From Actinomycetes bacterium (lineage in GTDB: Bacteria > Actinomycetota > Actinomycetes > Prado026), in NCBI GenBank assembly GCA_038210415.1, contig JBBQWS010000012.1, forward strand, positions 1,611 to 65,610: 64,000 nucleotides of DNA, given 5' to 3'. Position 1 is the stretch's first letter; every line of letters begins with the position of its first letter. Of this stretch, positions 38,713 to 49,176 are shown piece after piece. The notes under the pieces were generated by a model. The model was not told the DNA's origin and made no database searches. It saw nothing but the letters and a program-made list of their open reading frames with translations. Made by a program: the position numbers and the translations under genes.

Positions 38713-39396
38713 GTGGCCCACGTACTGGTAGTCGAGGACGACCCGTCGATCCGCACCGCACTGAACCGCACCCTGGGCGAACGGGGTCACGCCGTCTCAT
38801 CCGCCCCCGACGCGATGTCGGGGCTGCGTGAGGCGCTCGACAACCGGCCCGACCTCGTGGTCCTCGACCTCGGGCTCCCCGACCTGGACGGCAGCGAGCT
38901 TCTCCGCATGTTGCGGGCGGTGAGCGCGGTGCCCGTGATCGTCGCGACCGCCCGCGACGACGACGCCTCTGTGGTCCGAGCTCTCGACGCCGGTGCCGAC
39001 GACTACGTCGTCAAGCCCTACAGCGCCGAGACCCTCGACGCGCGGATCCGCGCGGTGCTCCGGCGGGCCTCGTCACCCGACGAGGAACAGCCGCTCGTCG
39101 TCGGCGGGCTCTACGTCGACCCACGGTCACGGGTCGTCACCGTCGACGGGCAGACGGTCGAGCTGAGCCCTCGCGAATTCGACCTGCTCGCCTACCTGGC
39201 CGCGCGTCCGGGCCAGGTCGTGTCCAAGCGTGAGCTCCTCACCGAGGTGTGGCGCCTGCCCTACGGAGGCGCCGACAAGACCGTCGACGTTCACCTGTCG
39301 TGGCTGCGTCGCAAGCTCGGCGAGAACGCCCAGGAGCCGCGCTACCTGGTGTCGGTGCGCGGCGTGGGAGTCAAGTTGGTGGAGCCCGCCGCGTGA
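38713..39396 (+). CDS. OmpR/PhoB-family response regulator
   Basis: 227 aa. VLVVEDDPSIR, DLVVLDLGLPDLDG (phospho-Asp), C-terminal winged helix (LSPREFDLLAYLA..., VDVHLSWLRRKL). Confidence 0.92.
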   Translation: MAHVLVVEDDPSIRTALNRTLGERGHAVSSAPDAMSGLREALDNRPDLVVLDLGLPDLDGSELLRMLRAVSAVPVIVATARDDDASVVRALDAGADDYVVKPYSAETLDARIRAVLRRASSPDEEQPLVVGGLYVDPRSRVVTVDGQTVELSPREFDLLAYLAARPGQVVSKRELLTEVWRLPYGGADKTVDVHLSWLRRKLGENAQEPRYLVSVRGVGVKLVEPAA

Positions 39397-40691
39397 GGCG
39401 TCAGATACTCATCACGGTGGCCGCCTCGACCCTGCTGGTGCTCCTGGCATTCCTGATCCCGCTCGCCTGGCTGGTGCGGGCGTCCGCGGCCGACCGCGCT
39501 TCGAGCGAGGCGACCCTGGGCGTGCAGCCGCTCACCTCCACCGTCGGCCTGCTCGGGGCCGGGCTGCCGGGCGTGGTCGCCGACACCCAGGAACAGCTCG
39601 GCGAGCCGGTCACGGTGTTCCTCGGGAACGGCCAGGTGGTGGGGACCCCCCGCCCGGTGACCGACTCGGTACGCCTGGCCCGCGGCGACGTCGCCAACCG
39701 CGTCGCGCCACGCGCTTTCAGCGCGAACCTGCCTGACGGTGGCCGCGAGATCCTGATCCCGGTCGTCGGCCTCGATGCCGGGACGGCGGTCGTCCGGGTC
39801 GAGGTTCCGGCGGCCAAGCTGACCGATGGCGTGGCCACTGCCTGGTGGGTGCTCGGCGGGCTCGGGGTGTCGCTGCTCGCGCTGGCGCTGCTGGTCGCGG
39901 ACCGGCTCGCCCGCTCGTACCTCGGGCCGGTCCTGGCCCTGACCGACACCGCTGCGCTGCTGGGTGCCGGCGAGCTGTCGGCCCGGGTGGTGCCAAGCGG
40001 CCCACCCGAGGTCACGGCCGCGGGCCGGGCCCTGAACCGGCTCGGATCCCGGATCGGCGACCTGCTCACCGCCGAGCGAGAAGCCGCCGCCGACCTGTCG
40101 CACCGGCTGCGCACACCCGTGGCCGCCCTGCGACTCGACGTTGACGGCCTCTCCGACCCCGAGGACCGCGAGCGGATGGCTCGCGACGTCGCCGAGCTCT
40201 CGCGCGCCATCGACCAGCTCATCGCCGAGGCGCGACGTCCGATCCGCGAGGGGATGGTGCCCGCTTGCGACGCCACGGCCGTCGTCGGTGCACGGGTGGC
40301 GTTCTGGCGGGTCCTGGCCGAGGACACCGACCGGGAGCTGACCGTGTCGGTCGCCCCCGGACCGCTGAGGGTCCGGCTGGTTCCGGGCGACCTCGCTGAC
40401 GCCGTCGACGCCCTGCTCGGCAACGTGTTTGCTCACACCCCCGACGGCACGTCGTTTCGGGTCGTGCTGTCCTCGCGGGCCGGTGGCGGCGCGCGGTTGG
40501 TGATCGAGGACACCGGTCCGGGCCTGCCGGGCGGCGACGTGATGTCGCGAGGCGAGAGCGGCGCCGGCTCCACCGGGCTCGGGCTCGACATCGTGCGGCG
40601 GTCGGCCGAAGCCTCGGGCGGGTCGCTGGCCCTCGTCCCGGCGCACGACGGCGGCACGCGGGTCGTGCTCGAGCTCGGGCCGCCGAGCTGA
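39393..40691 (+). CDS. sensor histidine kinase (two TM, HAMP, HisKA, HATPase_c)
   Basis: GTG 39393 overlaps the regulator stop (GTGA). H-box LSHRLRTPVAAL, N/G boxes LLGNVFAHTP, IEDTGPGLP, GSTGLGLDIV. Confidence 0.9.
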   Translation: MRRQILITVAASTLLVLLAFLIPLAWLVRASAADRASSEATLGVQPLTSTVGLLGAGLPGVVADTQEQLGEPVTVFLGNGQVVGTPRPVTDSVRLARGDVANRVAPRAFSANLPDGGREILIPVVGLDAGTAVVRVEVPAAKLTDGVATAWWVLGGLGVSLLALALLVADRLARSYLGPVLALTDTAALLGAGELSARVVPSGPPEVTAAGRALNRLGSRIGDLLTAEREAAADLSHRLRTPVAALRLDVDGLSDPEDRERMARDVAELSRAIDQLIAEARRPIREGMVPACDATAVVGARVAFWRVLAEDTDRELTVSVAPGPLRVRLVPGDLADAVDALLGNVFAHTPDGTSFRVVLSSRAGGGARLVIEDTGPGLPGGDVMSRGESGAGSTGLGLDIVRRSAEASGGSLALVPAHDGGTRVVLELGPPS

Positions 40692-40692
40692 C

Positions 40693-40706
40693 CCCTGCCG
40701 GCAGGG
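40693..40706 (+). terminator. perfect 14-bp palindrome CCCTGCCGGCAGGG immediately after the kinase stop codon
   Basis: Read directly. GC-rich hairpin between convergent genes with no U-tract, so function is uncertain. Confidence 0.3.
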
Positions 40707-40897
40707 CAGGAACGCGGCCTTCCCTTTGCTCGCCCTGTGGCTGGCGGGGTGCGCCCGACCGACCGTCGACCCGCGACCTCGCCCTTCGGGCCGGTTGCGC
40801 GGCCCGACATCAGCATCGAGTCAGCGGACGCGGCAGTGGTCGTGCTCACGCGGGACGCCCGACGCCGGTCGAGACCGCCTGCGCCCAGGCCAGCCCC

Positions 40898-41866
40898 TCA
40901 GCGCTGCCAGAGCGGCCCGAGCGGCAGCAACGGGTCGATCGCGACTGCGACGAACAAGACGGTGAGATAGCTGATCGACCCGTGGAAGAGCCGCATCGGA
41001 CGAAGGTCGTCAGCGCCTGAACGGGCCCGACCGAGCAGACGGTAGGCCTCCCGCAGGAAGAAGCCGCCGAGCACCACTGCCGCCGTGGCATAGACCACCG
41101 TCGTGGACGCCACGGGCACCAGGACCATGGAGGCCGCCACCATGACCCAGCTGTACGCCACGATCTGCCGGGCGACCTTCAGCGGCGACGCCACGACGGG
41201 CAACATGGGCACGCCCGCGGCGGCGTAGTCGTCGACGAAGCGCAACGACAGCGGCCAGTAGTGCGGCGGGGTCCAGAAGAAGATCACCGCGAACAGCACG
41301 AACGGTGTCCAGCTGAGCGATCCGGTGACGGCGGACCAGCCGATCAGGACCGGCATGCAGCCCGCCGCGCCTCCCCAGACGATGTTCTGCGGAGTGCGCC
41401 GCTTGAGCAACATCGTGTAGACGACGACGTAGAAGGCGATGGCGGCCAGCGCGAGCCAGGCAGCCGGCGGGTTGACCAGCAACGCCATCCAGACGACGGC
41501 GGCGACCCCGAGCACGAGCCCGAACACCAGCGCGGCACGCGGGCTGATGGCGCCGGTCGCCAACGGCCGACGGCCGGTGCGGTGCATGAGCGCGTCGATG
41601 TCGCGATCGACGTAGCAGTTCAGCGTGTTCGCGCTGCCCGCCGCGAGTGCCCCACCGACGAGCGTCGCCACGACCAGCCCGAGCCGGGGTACGCCGCCGG
41701 CTGCCAGGAACATCGTGGGCACCGTGGTGACGAGGAGGAGCTCGATGATGCGGGGCTTGGTGAGCGCGACGTACGAACTGACCCTCGCCCTGACACCCGA
41801 ACGGCCGGCGGGCGGGACGACACCGGCACCCGCGCCCACGCGGGGCCTGGGGTCGACGGCGGTCAC
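40898..41866 (-). CDS. ctaB: protoheme IX farnesyltransferase (heme O synthase)
   Basis: 322 aa. UbiA-family motifs [15 protein letters not shown] and polytopic TM pattern. Pairs with ctaA. Confidence 0.9.
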   Translation of the reverse strand: MTAVDPRPRVGAGAGVVPPAGRSGVRARVSSYVALTKPRIIELLLVTTVPTMFLAAGGVPRLGLVVATLVGGALAAGSANTLNCYVDRDIDALMHRTGRRPLATGAISPRAALVFGLVLGVAAVVWMALLVNPPAAWLALAAIAFYVVVYTMLLKRRTPQNIVWGGAAGCMPVLIGWSAVTGSLSWTPFVLFAVIFFWTPPHYWPLSLRFVDDYAAAGVPMLPVVASPLKVARQIVAYSWVMVAASMVLVPVASTTVVYATAAVVLGGFFLREAYRLLGRARSGADDLRPMRLFHGSISYLTVLFVAVAIDPLLPLGPLWQR

Positions 41867-42048
41867 GCGAACGTCCTCCGGTGAGCAGTAGGTCGGGCAC
41901 GGATCGAGAATCAGGGCTTACGGCACCATGACGACATCGGAATACCGCTCATCGTATCGGTAGGCTCGCCGACAGAGGTGGGTGGACTCCCCCTCGAGGC
42001 CGCGCCTCCCCGGCGGTCCCACGTCTCCCGAGAGGATCAGCGAGCCCG

Positions 42049-44156
42049 GTGCAGAGCGACGAGACCGCAACCCAGCCGACCGGATCTGCGACTCCCTGGA
42101 CCGACTTGGACGACCGGGCCGTCGCGACCGCTCGTGGCCTGGCGATGGACGCGGTCGAGAAGGTCGGCAACGGCCACCCCGGCACCGCCATGAGCCTGGC
42201 GCCCGCCGCGTACCTGCTGTTCCAGAAGTTCATGCGGCACGACCCGTCCGACCCCACCTGGGTCGGACGCGACCGCTTCGTGCTGTCCTGCGGCCACTCG
42301 AGTCTCACGTTGTACACCCAGCTGTTCTTCGCCGGGTACGGCCTCCAGCTCGCGGACCTGCAGGCGTTCCGCACGGCCGGGTCCCTGACCCCAGGACATC
42401 CCGAGCACGGGCACACCCGTGGCGTCGAGACCACGACCGGCCCGCTGGGCCAGGGAGTCGGGAACGCGGTCGGCATGGCGATCGCCGCGCGTCGCGAGCG
42501 AGGACTGTTCGACCCGGCTGCAGCGCCCGGCACTTCCCCGTTCGACCACCTGATCTGGGCGATCTGCTCCGACGGCGACCTGGAGGAGGGCGTGTCCGGA
42601 GAGGCCAGCTCGCTCGCGGGACGCCAGCAGCTCGGCAACCTGACCCTGATCTGGGACGACAACCACATCTCCATCGAGGACGACACCGCGGTCGCGTTCG
42701 ACGAGGACGTCGTCGCCCGCTACGCCGCGTACGGCTGGCACACGCAGTACGTCGAGGTGAACGCCGACGGCAGCGCCGACGTCGTCGGTCTGACCGCCGC
42801 CCTCGAGGCCGCCCGGGCCGAGACGGCCAGGCCCTCGTTCATCGCGCTGCGCACCGTGATCGGCTGGCCGGCCCCGACGCTGCGGAACACCGGCAAGGCG
42901 CACGGCTCGGCCATGGGCGCGGCCGAGATCGCGGCGACCAAACCGCTGCTGGGACTCGACCCGGCCCGGTCGTTCCAGGTCGACGCCGACGTGCTCGAGC
43001 ACACCCGCGCGGTCACCGCCCGCGGCCAGGCCGCTCACGCCGCGTGGCAGGTCGGCTTCGACGCCTGGCGGGCGGCCAGTCCCGAGGCGGCCGCGCTCTT
43101 CGACCGGCTCCAGGCGCACGAGCTGCCAGCCGGGTGGGCACAGGCGCTCCCCTTCTTCCCCGCAGACCCCAAGGGGATGGCGACCCGCAAGGCGTCCGGC
43201 GAGGTCCTCACCGCGCTCGCGGCAGTGCTGCCGGAGCTGTGGGGCGGTTCGGCCGACCTCGCCGAGTCCAACAACACCACCATGAAGGGCGAGCCGTCGT
43301 TCCTTCCTGCGGGCGTCGAGACGGCCAACTGGAAGGGCGGACCGTACGGTCGCACGCTGCACTTCGGCATTCGCGAGCACGCCATGGGCTCGATCATGAA
43401 CGGCATCGCCCTGCACGGGCCGACCCGGGTCTACGGCGGCACGTTCTCGTGTTCAGCGACTACATGCGCGGCGCGGTGCGGCTCGCGGCACTGATGGGTC
43501 TGCCCGTCACGTACGTCTGGACGCACGACTCCATCGGGCTCGGCGAGGACGGCCCGACCCACCAGCCGGTCGAGCACCTGGCCGCGCTGCGCGCCATCCC
43601 CGGCCTCGACGTCGTACGACCCGCCGACGCCAACGAGACCACCGTGGCGTGGCGCACCATCCTCGAGCGCAGGAAACGTCCGGCTGGGCTCGCTCTGAGT
43701 CGGCAGAACCTCCCGGTGGTCGACCGCGGCGTCCTGGCCTCCGCCGAAGGGGTCGCCCAGGGCGGCTACGTCCTAGCCGAGGCCGACGGTGGCGCGCCAC
43801 AGGTCGTGCTCATCGGCACCGGTTCCGAGGTGCAGCTGGCCCTCGCCGCACGTGATCACCTCCAGGCCGAGGGGATTCCCACCCGGGTGGTCTCCATGCC
43901 CTGCGTCGAGTGGTTCGACGAGCAGGACGCGACGTACCGCGAGAGCGTGCTGCCGCGCGCGGTCCGAGCCCGAGTGTCGGTCGAGGCCGGCATCGCGCTC
44001 ACCTGGCACCGGTTCGTCGGCGACGCCGGCCGCTGCGTGAGCCTGGAACACTTCGGCGCTTCGGCGGCGTCCGAGACCCTGTTCGAGGAGTTCGGCATCA
44101 CGCTGGACGCGGTAACCGCCGCCGCGAAGGCAAGCATCGCCGACTCCGCCGGCTGA
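42049..44156 (+). pseudogene. tkt: transketolase, reading frame broken by an apparent 1-nt deletion at 43446/43447
   Basis: Track ORF 42049..43494 carries the N-terminal ~466 aa ([28 protein letters not shown]) up to ...VYGGTF. The expected continuation [41 protein letters not shown] is in the frame of track ORF 41982..44156. Observed ACGTTCTCGTGTTC versus expected ACGTTC(C)TCGTGTTC. Confidence 0.85.
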
Positions 44157-44204
44157 GCACGACCCAAGACCGTCCGGACGCACCCCTTCCCGAGGAGAGC
44201 CAGC

Positions 44205-45317
44205 ATGAGCCCTGCTTCACCGCCGATCACGAGCCTCGCCGCCAACGGAGTCTCGGTGTGGCTCGACGACCTGAGCCGGCATCGCCTGCTCACCGGCGAC
44301 CTGAGCGCCCAGGTCGACCGGGGAGTTGTCGGCGTGACCACGAACCCGTCGATCTTCGAGCAGGCGCTGCGCGCAGGCGCCGACTACGCAAGCCAGGTAC
44401 GCGATCTCGCCGCGCGCGGGCTGTCCGTCGACGAAGCCGTCCGCATGATCACCACGTACGACGTGCGGTGGGCCTGCGACGTCCTGCGCCCGGTCGCCGA
44501 CCGCACCGCCGGGGTCGACGGCAGGGTCTCGATCGAGGTCGATCCAAGGCGGGCCCGCGACACCGAGGCGACGGTCGCCGAGGCACGCGGACTCTGGTGG
44601 CTGGTCGACCGTCCCAACGCCCTGATCAAGATCCCGGCAACAGTCGAGGGCCTACCCGCGGTCACCCGCGTCATCGCCGACGGCATCAGCGTCAACGTGA
44701 CCCTGATCTTCAGCCTCGACCGCTACCGCGCCGTCATCGACGCCTACCTCACCGGGCTCGAGCAGGCGCTCGCGGCCGGACACGACCTCTCGATGATCCA
44801 CTCGGTCGCGTCGTTCTTCGTCAGCCGCGTCGACACCGAGACCGACGCCCGGCTCGAGAAGATCGGCACCCCGGAAGCACTGGCCCTGCGTGGCACCGCC
44901 GCGATCGCCAACGCCCAGCTCGCCTACGAGGTCTTCGAAGCCTCGCTGGCAACCCCCCGCTGGCAGGTGCTGGCGGCGCGGGGAGCTCGCCCGCAGCGGC
45001 CGCTTTGGGCTTCGACCGGGGTCAAGAACCCGTTGTTCGACGACACCCGCTACGTCGTCGAGCTGGTCGCCCCCGGAACCGTCAACACCATGCCGGAGAA
45101 GACCCTCGACGCCGTCGTCGACCACGGCGCCGTGCGAGGCGACTCCATCCGGCCGGCCTACGCGCAGGCCCGCGCGGCGCTCGCAGCGATCACCTCCGTC
45201 GGTGTCGACCTGCACGACGTCGTCCAGGTGCTCGAGGTCGAGGGGGTCAAGAAGTTCGCGGACTCCTGGAACGACCTGCTCGCCTCGCTGCAGCAGGCGC
45301 TCGAGCAGGCGGTCTGA
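44205..45317 (+). CDS. tal: transaldolase (long actinobacterial type)
   Basis: 370 aa. VTTNPSIF and IKIPAT (Schiff-base Lys context). Positioned between tkt and zwf. Confidence 0.92.
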   Translation: MSPASPPITSLAANGVSVWLDDLSRHRLLTGDLSAQVDRGVVGVTTNPSIFEQALRAGADYASQVRDLAARGLSVDEAVRMITTYDVRWACDVLRPVADRTAGVDGRVSIEVDPRRARDTEATVAEARGLWWLVDRPNALIKIPATVEGLPAVTRVIADGISVNVTLIFSLDRYRAVIDAYLTGLEQALAAGHDLSMIHSVASFFVSRVDTETDARLEKIGTPEALALRGTAAIANAQLAYEVFEASLATPRWQVLAARGARPQRPLWASTGVKNPLFDDTRYVVELVAPGTVNTMPEKTLDAVVDHGAVRGDSIRPAYAQARAALAAITSVGVDLHDVVQVLEVEGVKKFADSWNDLLASLQQALEQAV

Positions 45318-45318
45318 C

Positions 45319-46842
45319 GTGACCCTCGTCAACCCGTTGCGGGACGCCCGCGATCGGCGGCTCCCCCGCGTGGCCGGACCCTGCGGGATGGTCATCTTCG
45401 GGGTCACCGGCGACCTCGCCCGCAAGAAGCTGATGCCGGCAATCTACGACCTGGCCAACCGCGGTCTCCTGCCACCGGGGTTCGCGCTCGTAGGGTTCGC
45501 CCGTCGCGACTGGGCCGACCAGGATTTCATGCAGGTAGTCCACGACTCCGTCAAGGAGCACGCCCGCACCGAGTTCCGCGAGGACGTGTGGAACAACCTC
45601 GCCGAGGGCCTCCGATTCGTCCCTGGCGACTTCAGCGACGACGCGGCGTTCGCCCAGCTCAAGGCGACGATCGAGGAGCTCGACGCGAGCCGGGGCACCG
45701 GCGGCAACCACGCGTTCTACCTGTCGGTCCCGCCCAAATTCTTCCCCGACGTCGTCCGGCAGCTCAAGGAGCATGGCCTCGCCGAGGGTCCCGGCGACGC
45801 GTGGCGCCGGGTGGTCATCGAGAAGCCGTTCGGGCACGACCTCGCCAGCGCGCAGGAGCTCAACACCGTGGTCGGCGAGGTCTTCGACTCCGGGTCGGTC
45901 TTCCGCATCGACCACTACCTGGGCAAGGAGACCGTCCAGAACATCCTCGCTCTGCGGTTCGCCAACGAGCTGTTCGAGCCGATCTGGAACGCCAACTACG
46001 TCGACCACGTGCAGATCACCATGGCCGAGGACGTCGGCATCGGCGGCCGAGCCGGCTACTACGACGGCATCGGCGCCGCCCGCGACGTCATCCAGAACCA
46101 CTTGCTGCAGCTTCTGGCCCTCACCGCCATGGAGGAGCCCGTCTCCTTCGAGGCCTCGGCGGTCCGGATCGAGAAGGAAAAGGTGCTGTCGGCAGTCCGG
46201 CTGCCCAAGGACCTCGCAGCGAACACCGCGCGTGGCCAATACGCCGCCGGTTGGCAGGGCGGCACTCCGGTCTCGGGCTACCTGCAGGAGGACGGCATCT
46301 CCGCCGAGTCGACCACCGAGACCTATGCCGCGGTCCGGCTCGACATCGACACCCGGCGCTGGGCGGGCGTCCCGTTCTACCTGCGCACCGGCAAACGGCT
46401 CGGTCGCCGGGTCACTGAGGTCGCGATCGTCTTCAAGCGCGCACCGCACCTGCCGTTCGAGACGACGGCCACCGAGGAGCTCGGCCAGAACGCGCTGGTG
46501 TTCCGGGTGCAGCCCGACGAGGGTCTGGCCCTGCGGTTCGGCTCCAAGGTCCCCGGCACCGCGATGGAGGTCCGCGACGTCACGATGGACTTCGCGTACG
46601 GAGAGGCGTTCACCGAGTCGAGCCCCGAAGCGTACGAGCGGCTGATTCTCGATGTGCTCATCGGCGAGGCGCCGCTCTTCCCCCGGCACGAGGAGGTCGA
46701 GCAGTCTTGGCGGATCCTCGACCCTGTCGAGGAGTTCTGGGCGGCCCGGGGCCAGCCTGAGCCCTACCCTGCCGGGACCTGGGGTCCGGACGGCGCAACC
46801 AAGATGCTCGCCCGCGACGGACGCACCTGGAGGCGACCATGA
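45319..46842 (+). CDS. zwf: glucose-6-phosphate dehydrogenase
   Basis: GTG 45319. VIFGVTGDLARKKLMPAIYDL (NADP site), RIDHYLGKE, ANELFEPIWN. Confidence 0.93.
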   Translation: MTLVNPLRDARDRRLPRVAGPCGMVIFGVTGDLARKKLMPAIYDLANRGLLPPGFALVGFARRDWADQDFMQVVHDSVKEHARTEFREDVWNNLAEGLRFVPGDFSDDAAFAQLKATIEELDASRGTGGNHAFYLSVPPKFFPDVVRQLKEHGLAEGPGDAWRRVVIEKPFGHDLASAQELNTVVGEVFDSGSVFRIDHYLGKETVQNILALRFANELFEPIWNANYVDHVQITMAEDVGIGGRAGYYDGIGAARDVIQNHLLQLLALTAMEEPVSFEASAVRIEKEKVLSAVRLPKDLAANTARGQYAAGWQGGTPVSGYLQEDGISAESTTETYAAVRLDIDTRRWAGVPFYLRTGKRLGRRVTEVAIVFKRAPHLPFETTATEELGQNALVFRVQPDEGLALRFGSKVPGTAMEVRDVTMDFAYGEAFTESSPEAYERLILDVLIGEAPLFPRHEEVEQSWRILDPVEEFWAARGQPEPYPAGTWGPDGATKMLARDGRTWRRP

Positions 46843-47750
46843 TCGTCGACCTGACCGACACCACCGCCGCCGCCATCGCGGCCGCCCTCGTACAGGCCCG
46901 GCACACCGCCGGCGTACCTGCCGTGGGCATGGTCCTGACTCTGGTCATCGTGACCAACGAAGGCGACAGCTACGACGCGCTCCGGGCCGCACTCGAGGCC
47001 GCCCACGAGCACCCGTCGCGGGTCCTGGTGACGATCCTGCGGCCCGGCAGGTCCGCTCCCAAGCTCGACGCCGAGGTGCGGTTCCTGGGCGACTCAGGGC
47101 CCGGTGAGACCGTCGTCATGCGCCTGCACGGAGAGCTGGCGTCGCACGCCGAGAGCGTGCTGCTCCCCCTGCTGCTCCCGGACGCACCGGTGGTGGCCTG
47201 GTGGCCGGGCGGGGCCCCGGACAACCCCGCGCTCGACCCGGTCGGCTCGCTCGCGCAGCGCCGGATCACCGACTCCGCAGCGGCCGACGACCCGATGACT
47301 GAGCTCGCGCGTCGGGCCAACGGCTACCAGCCCGGCGACACCGACCTCGCCTGGACCCGGATCACGCAGTGGCGCACCCTGCTGGCTGCATCCCTGGACC
47401 AGCCGTTCGACCCGCTCGTGGGCGGGTCGGTCAGCTGCGAGCCCGGCAGCCCGAGTGCCGAGCTGCTGGCCCGTTGGCTGGAGTCGCGGCTCCGGGTCCC
47501 GATCGAGCGCACCATCTCCGGCGGTCCCGGCATCACTTCGGTGAGTCTGGTCACCGAAGGCGGCGAGATCCTCGTCAGTCGGCCCGACGGCCGGGTGGCG
47601 CACATGATCCGGCCGGGGCAGCCCGAACGTCAGGTCTCGCTGATGCAGCGCGAGACGGCTGAGATCATGGCCGAGGAGATGCGTCGGCTGGACCCCGACG
47701 ACATCTACGGCGAGATCGTCACCCAGACGTCCGCCGCTCCGGCGTCCTGA
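46839..47750 (+). CDS. opcA: glucose-6-phosphate dehydrogenase assembly protein OpcA
   Basis: 303 aa. 4-nt overlap with zwf, in the canonical zwf-opcA-pgl order. Confidence 0.85.
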   Translation: MIVDLTDTTAAAIAAALVQARHTAGVPAVGMVLTLVIVTNEGDSYDALRAALEAAHEHPSRVLVTILRPGRSAPKLDAEVRFLGDSGPGETVVMRLHGELASHAESVLLPLLLPDAPVVAWWPGGAPDNPALDPVGSLAQRRITDSAAADDPMTELARRANGYQPGDTDLAWTRITQWRTLLAASLDQPFDPLVGGSVSCEPGSPSAELLARWLESRLRVPIERTISGGPGITSVSLVTEGGEILVSRPDGRVAHMIRPGQPERQVSLMQRETAEIMAEEMRRLDPDDIYGEIVTQTSAAPAS

Positions 47751-48532
47751 TGAGCACTCCGACGGTGCTGGTGCACAGAGACGCTGGCCTCCTCGCCCAG
47801 GCCGTCGCCGCCCGGTTGGTGACCCGCGTGGTCGATGCCCAGTCGGCCCGTGGCCGCGCTTCCGTCGTGCTCACCGGCGGCGGGCTCGGCACCGCCACCT
47901 TGGCGGCTCTCGCGCAGTCGCCCGCCCGCGATGCCATCGACTGGGGTCGGGTCGACGTGTGGTGGGGCGACGAACGATTCCTGCTCTCCGGCGACCCGCA
48001 GCGCAACGAGACCGGCGCTCGGGCGGCCCTGCTGGACCACGTCGACGTGAACCCGGCCCGGGTGCACCCGATGCCTGCCTCGGACGGCCCCGACGGCAAC
48101 GACCCCGAGGCAGCCGCCGTGCGTTACGCCGCCGAGCTGGCGGCGGCGGTGCAGCCGGGAGACCACCTCGGCGTGCCGACCTTCGACGTGCTGCTGCTCG
48201 GCGTCGGCCCGGACGCCCACGTCGCCTCGCTCTTCCCCGAACAGCCAGCGCTGCACGAGACCGACCGCACGGTGGTTGCCGTACGCGGGGCGCCGAAGCC
48301 GCCCCCCATCCGGATCAGCCTGACCCTGCGCAGTATCCAGGCAGCGACGGACGTGTGGTTGATCGCAGCCGGCGCGGAGAAGGCCGGAGCGATCCGGCTG
48401 GCGCTGGGAGCGGCCGGTCCGGTCCAGGTTCCGGCCGCTGCAGCGCGAGGCGCGCGCTCCACGCTGGTGCTGCTCGACGAGGCCGCTGCGTCGGCACTGC
48501 CGCCGGGGCTCACCCGGCTGGCCAGCCCCTAA
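47750..48532 (+). CDS. pgl: 6-phosphogluconolactonase
   Basis: 260 aa. VLTGGG, WWGDERF and LGVGPDAHVASLFP motifs. Confidence 0.9.
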   Translation: MSTPTVLVHRDAGLLAQAVAARLVTRVVDAQSARGRASVVLTGGGLGTATLAALAQSPARDAIDWGRVDVWWGDERFLLSGDPQRNETGARAALLDHVDVNPARVHPMPASDGPDGNDPEAAAVRYAAELAAAVQPGDHLGVPTFDVLLLGVGPDAHVASLFPEQPALHETDRTVVAVRGAPKPPPIRISLTLRSIQAATDVWLIAAGAEKAGAIRLALGAAGPVQVPAAAARGARSTLVLLDEAAASALPPGLTRLASP

Positions 48533-48561
48533 CCTGAGGACCCCGCGAAAGACGAGCCGGG

Positions 48562-48897
48562 TCAGCTCTTGTCGCGGAACTTCGCCAGCGCCTCGGCCAG
48601 GATCGCCTCGCCGTCCTCCTCGGACCGCCGCTCGCGCACGTACGCCAGGTGAGTCTTGTACGGCTCGGTCTTAGGCGGTGCGGGCGGGTTCTCCTGGTCG
48701 CGGCCCGCTGGCCACCCGCAACGCGGGCAGTCCCAGGTCTCCGGGATCGCGGCCTCGGCCGAGAACGACGGCCGGGTCTCGTGACCTTTGGCGCACCAGA
48801 ACACGATCCGGCTGCGCGGGGCCGTGTCGCCGCGCTCGGCTTCGCCCATCGGACCCGCACCGACCCGGCTGCCGCGGATAGCGCTACCACTGGCCAC
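48562..48897 (-). CDS. rbpA: RNA polymerase-binding protein RbpA
   Basis: 111 aa. FWCAKGHE...WDCPRCG (Zn-ribbon-like core) and C-terminal KTHLAYVRERRSEEDGEAILAEAL sigma-interaction helix. Confidence 0.9.
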   Translation of the reverse strand: MASGSAIRGSRVGAGPMGEAERGDTAPRSRIVFWCAKGHETRPSFSAEAAIPETWDCPRCGWPAGRDQENPPAPPKTEPYKTHLAYVRERRSEEDGEAILAEALAKFRDKS

Positions 48898-48927
48898 GAG
48901 GAATCTCCTGCTCTCGAGTCAACTGGA

Positions 48928-49176
48928 TCAGGTGGTGACGCGTTTGAGAATGAGCCCGAGGCCCACGACGCAAGCGAACCACACCAGCAGGATCGCGATG
49001 GTGATTCGGTCAAGGTTGCGCTCTGCGACCGAGGAACCGCCGACACTGGACGTGACGCCGCCACCGAACATGTCGGACAGTCCGCCGCCCTTGCCTTTGT
49101 GCAGCAGCACCAGCAGGATCAGCAACAGACTGGTGATCACCAGGATCGTGACCAGAGTGTAAGCGAGCAGGTTCAT
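48928..49176 (-). CDS. secG: preprotein translocase subunit SecG
   Basis: 82 aa from ATG 49176: MNLLAYTLVTILVITSLLLILLVLLHKGKGGGLSDMFGGG...ERNLDRIT. The start overlaps the stop of the upstream ABC ATPase gene (ATGA). Confidence 0.88.
   Translation of the reverse strand: MNLLAYTLVTILVITSLLLILLVLLHKGKGGGLSDMFGGGVTSSVGGSSVAERNLDRITIAILLVWFACVVGLGLILKRVTT

Noticed and set aside
41982-43446. N-terminal two thirds of the 724-aa ORF 41982..44156 (extremely Arg/Pro/Gly-rich)
   Set aside because: Only the part after ~43447 is real coding sequence (the C-terminal third of transketolase). The upstream part is the tkt gene read in the wrong frame.
43440-43455. Programmed recoding as the explanation for the tkt frameshift
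   Set aside because: No slippery sequence, no stop-codon context and no obvious pseudoknot or hairpin. A single missing C in a CC dinucleotide is best explained by a sequencing error or a simple mutation.
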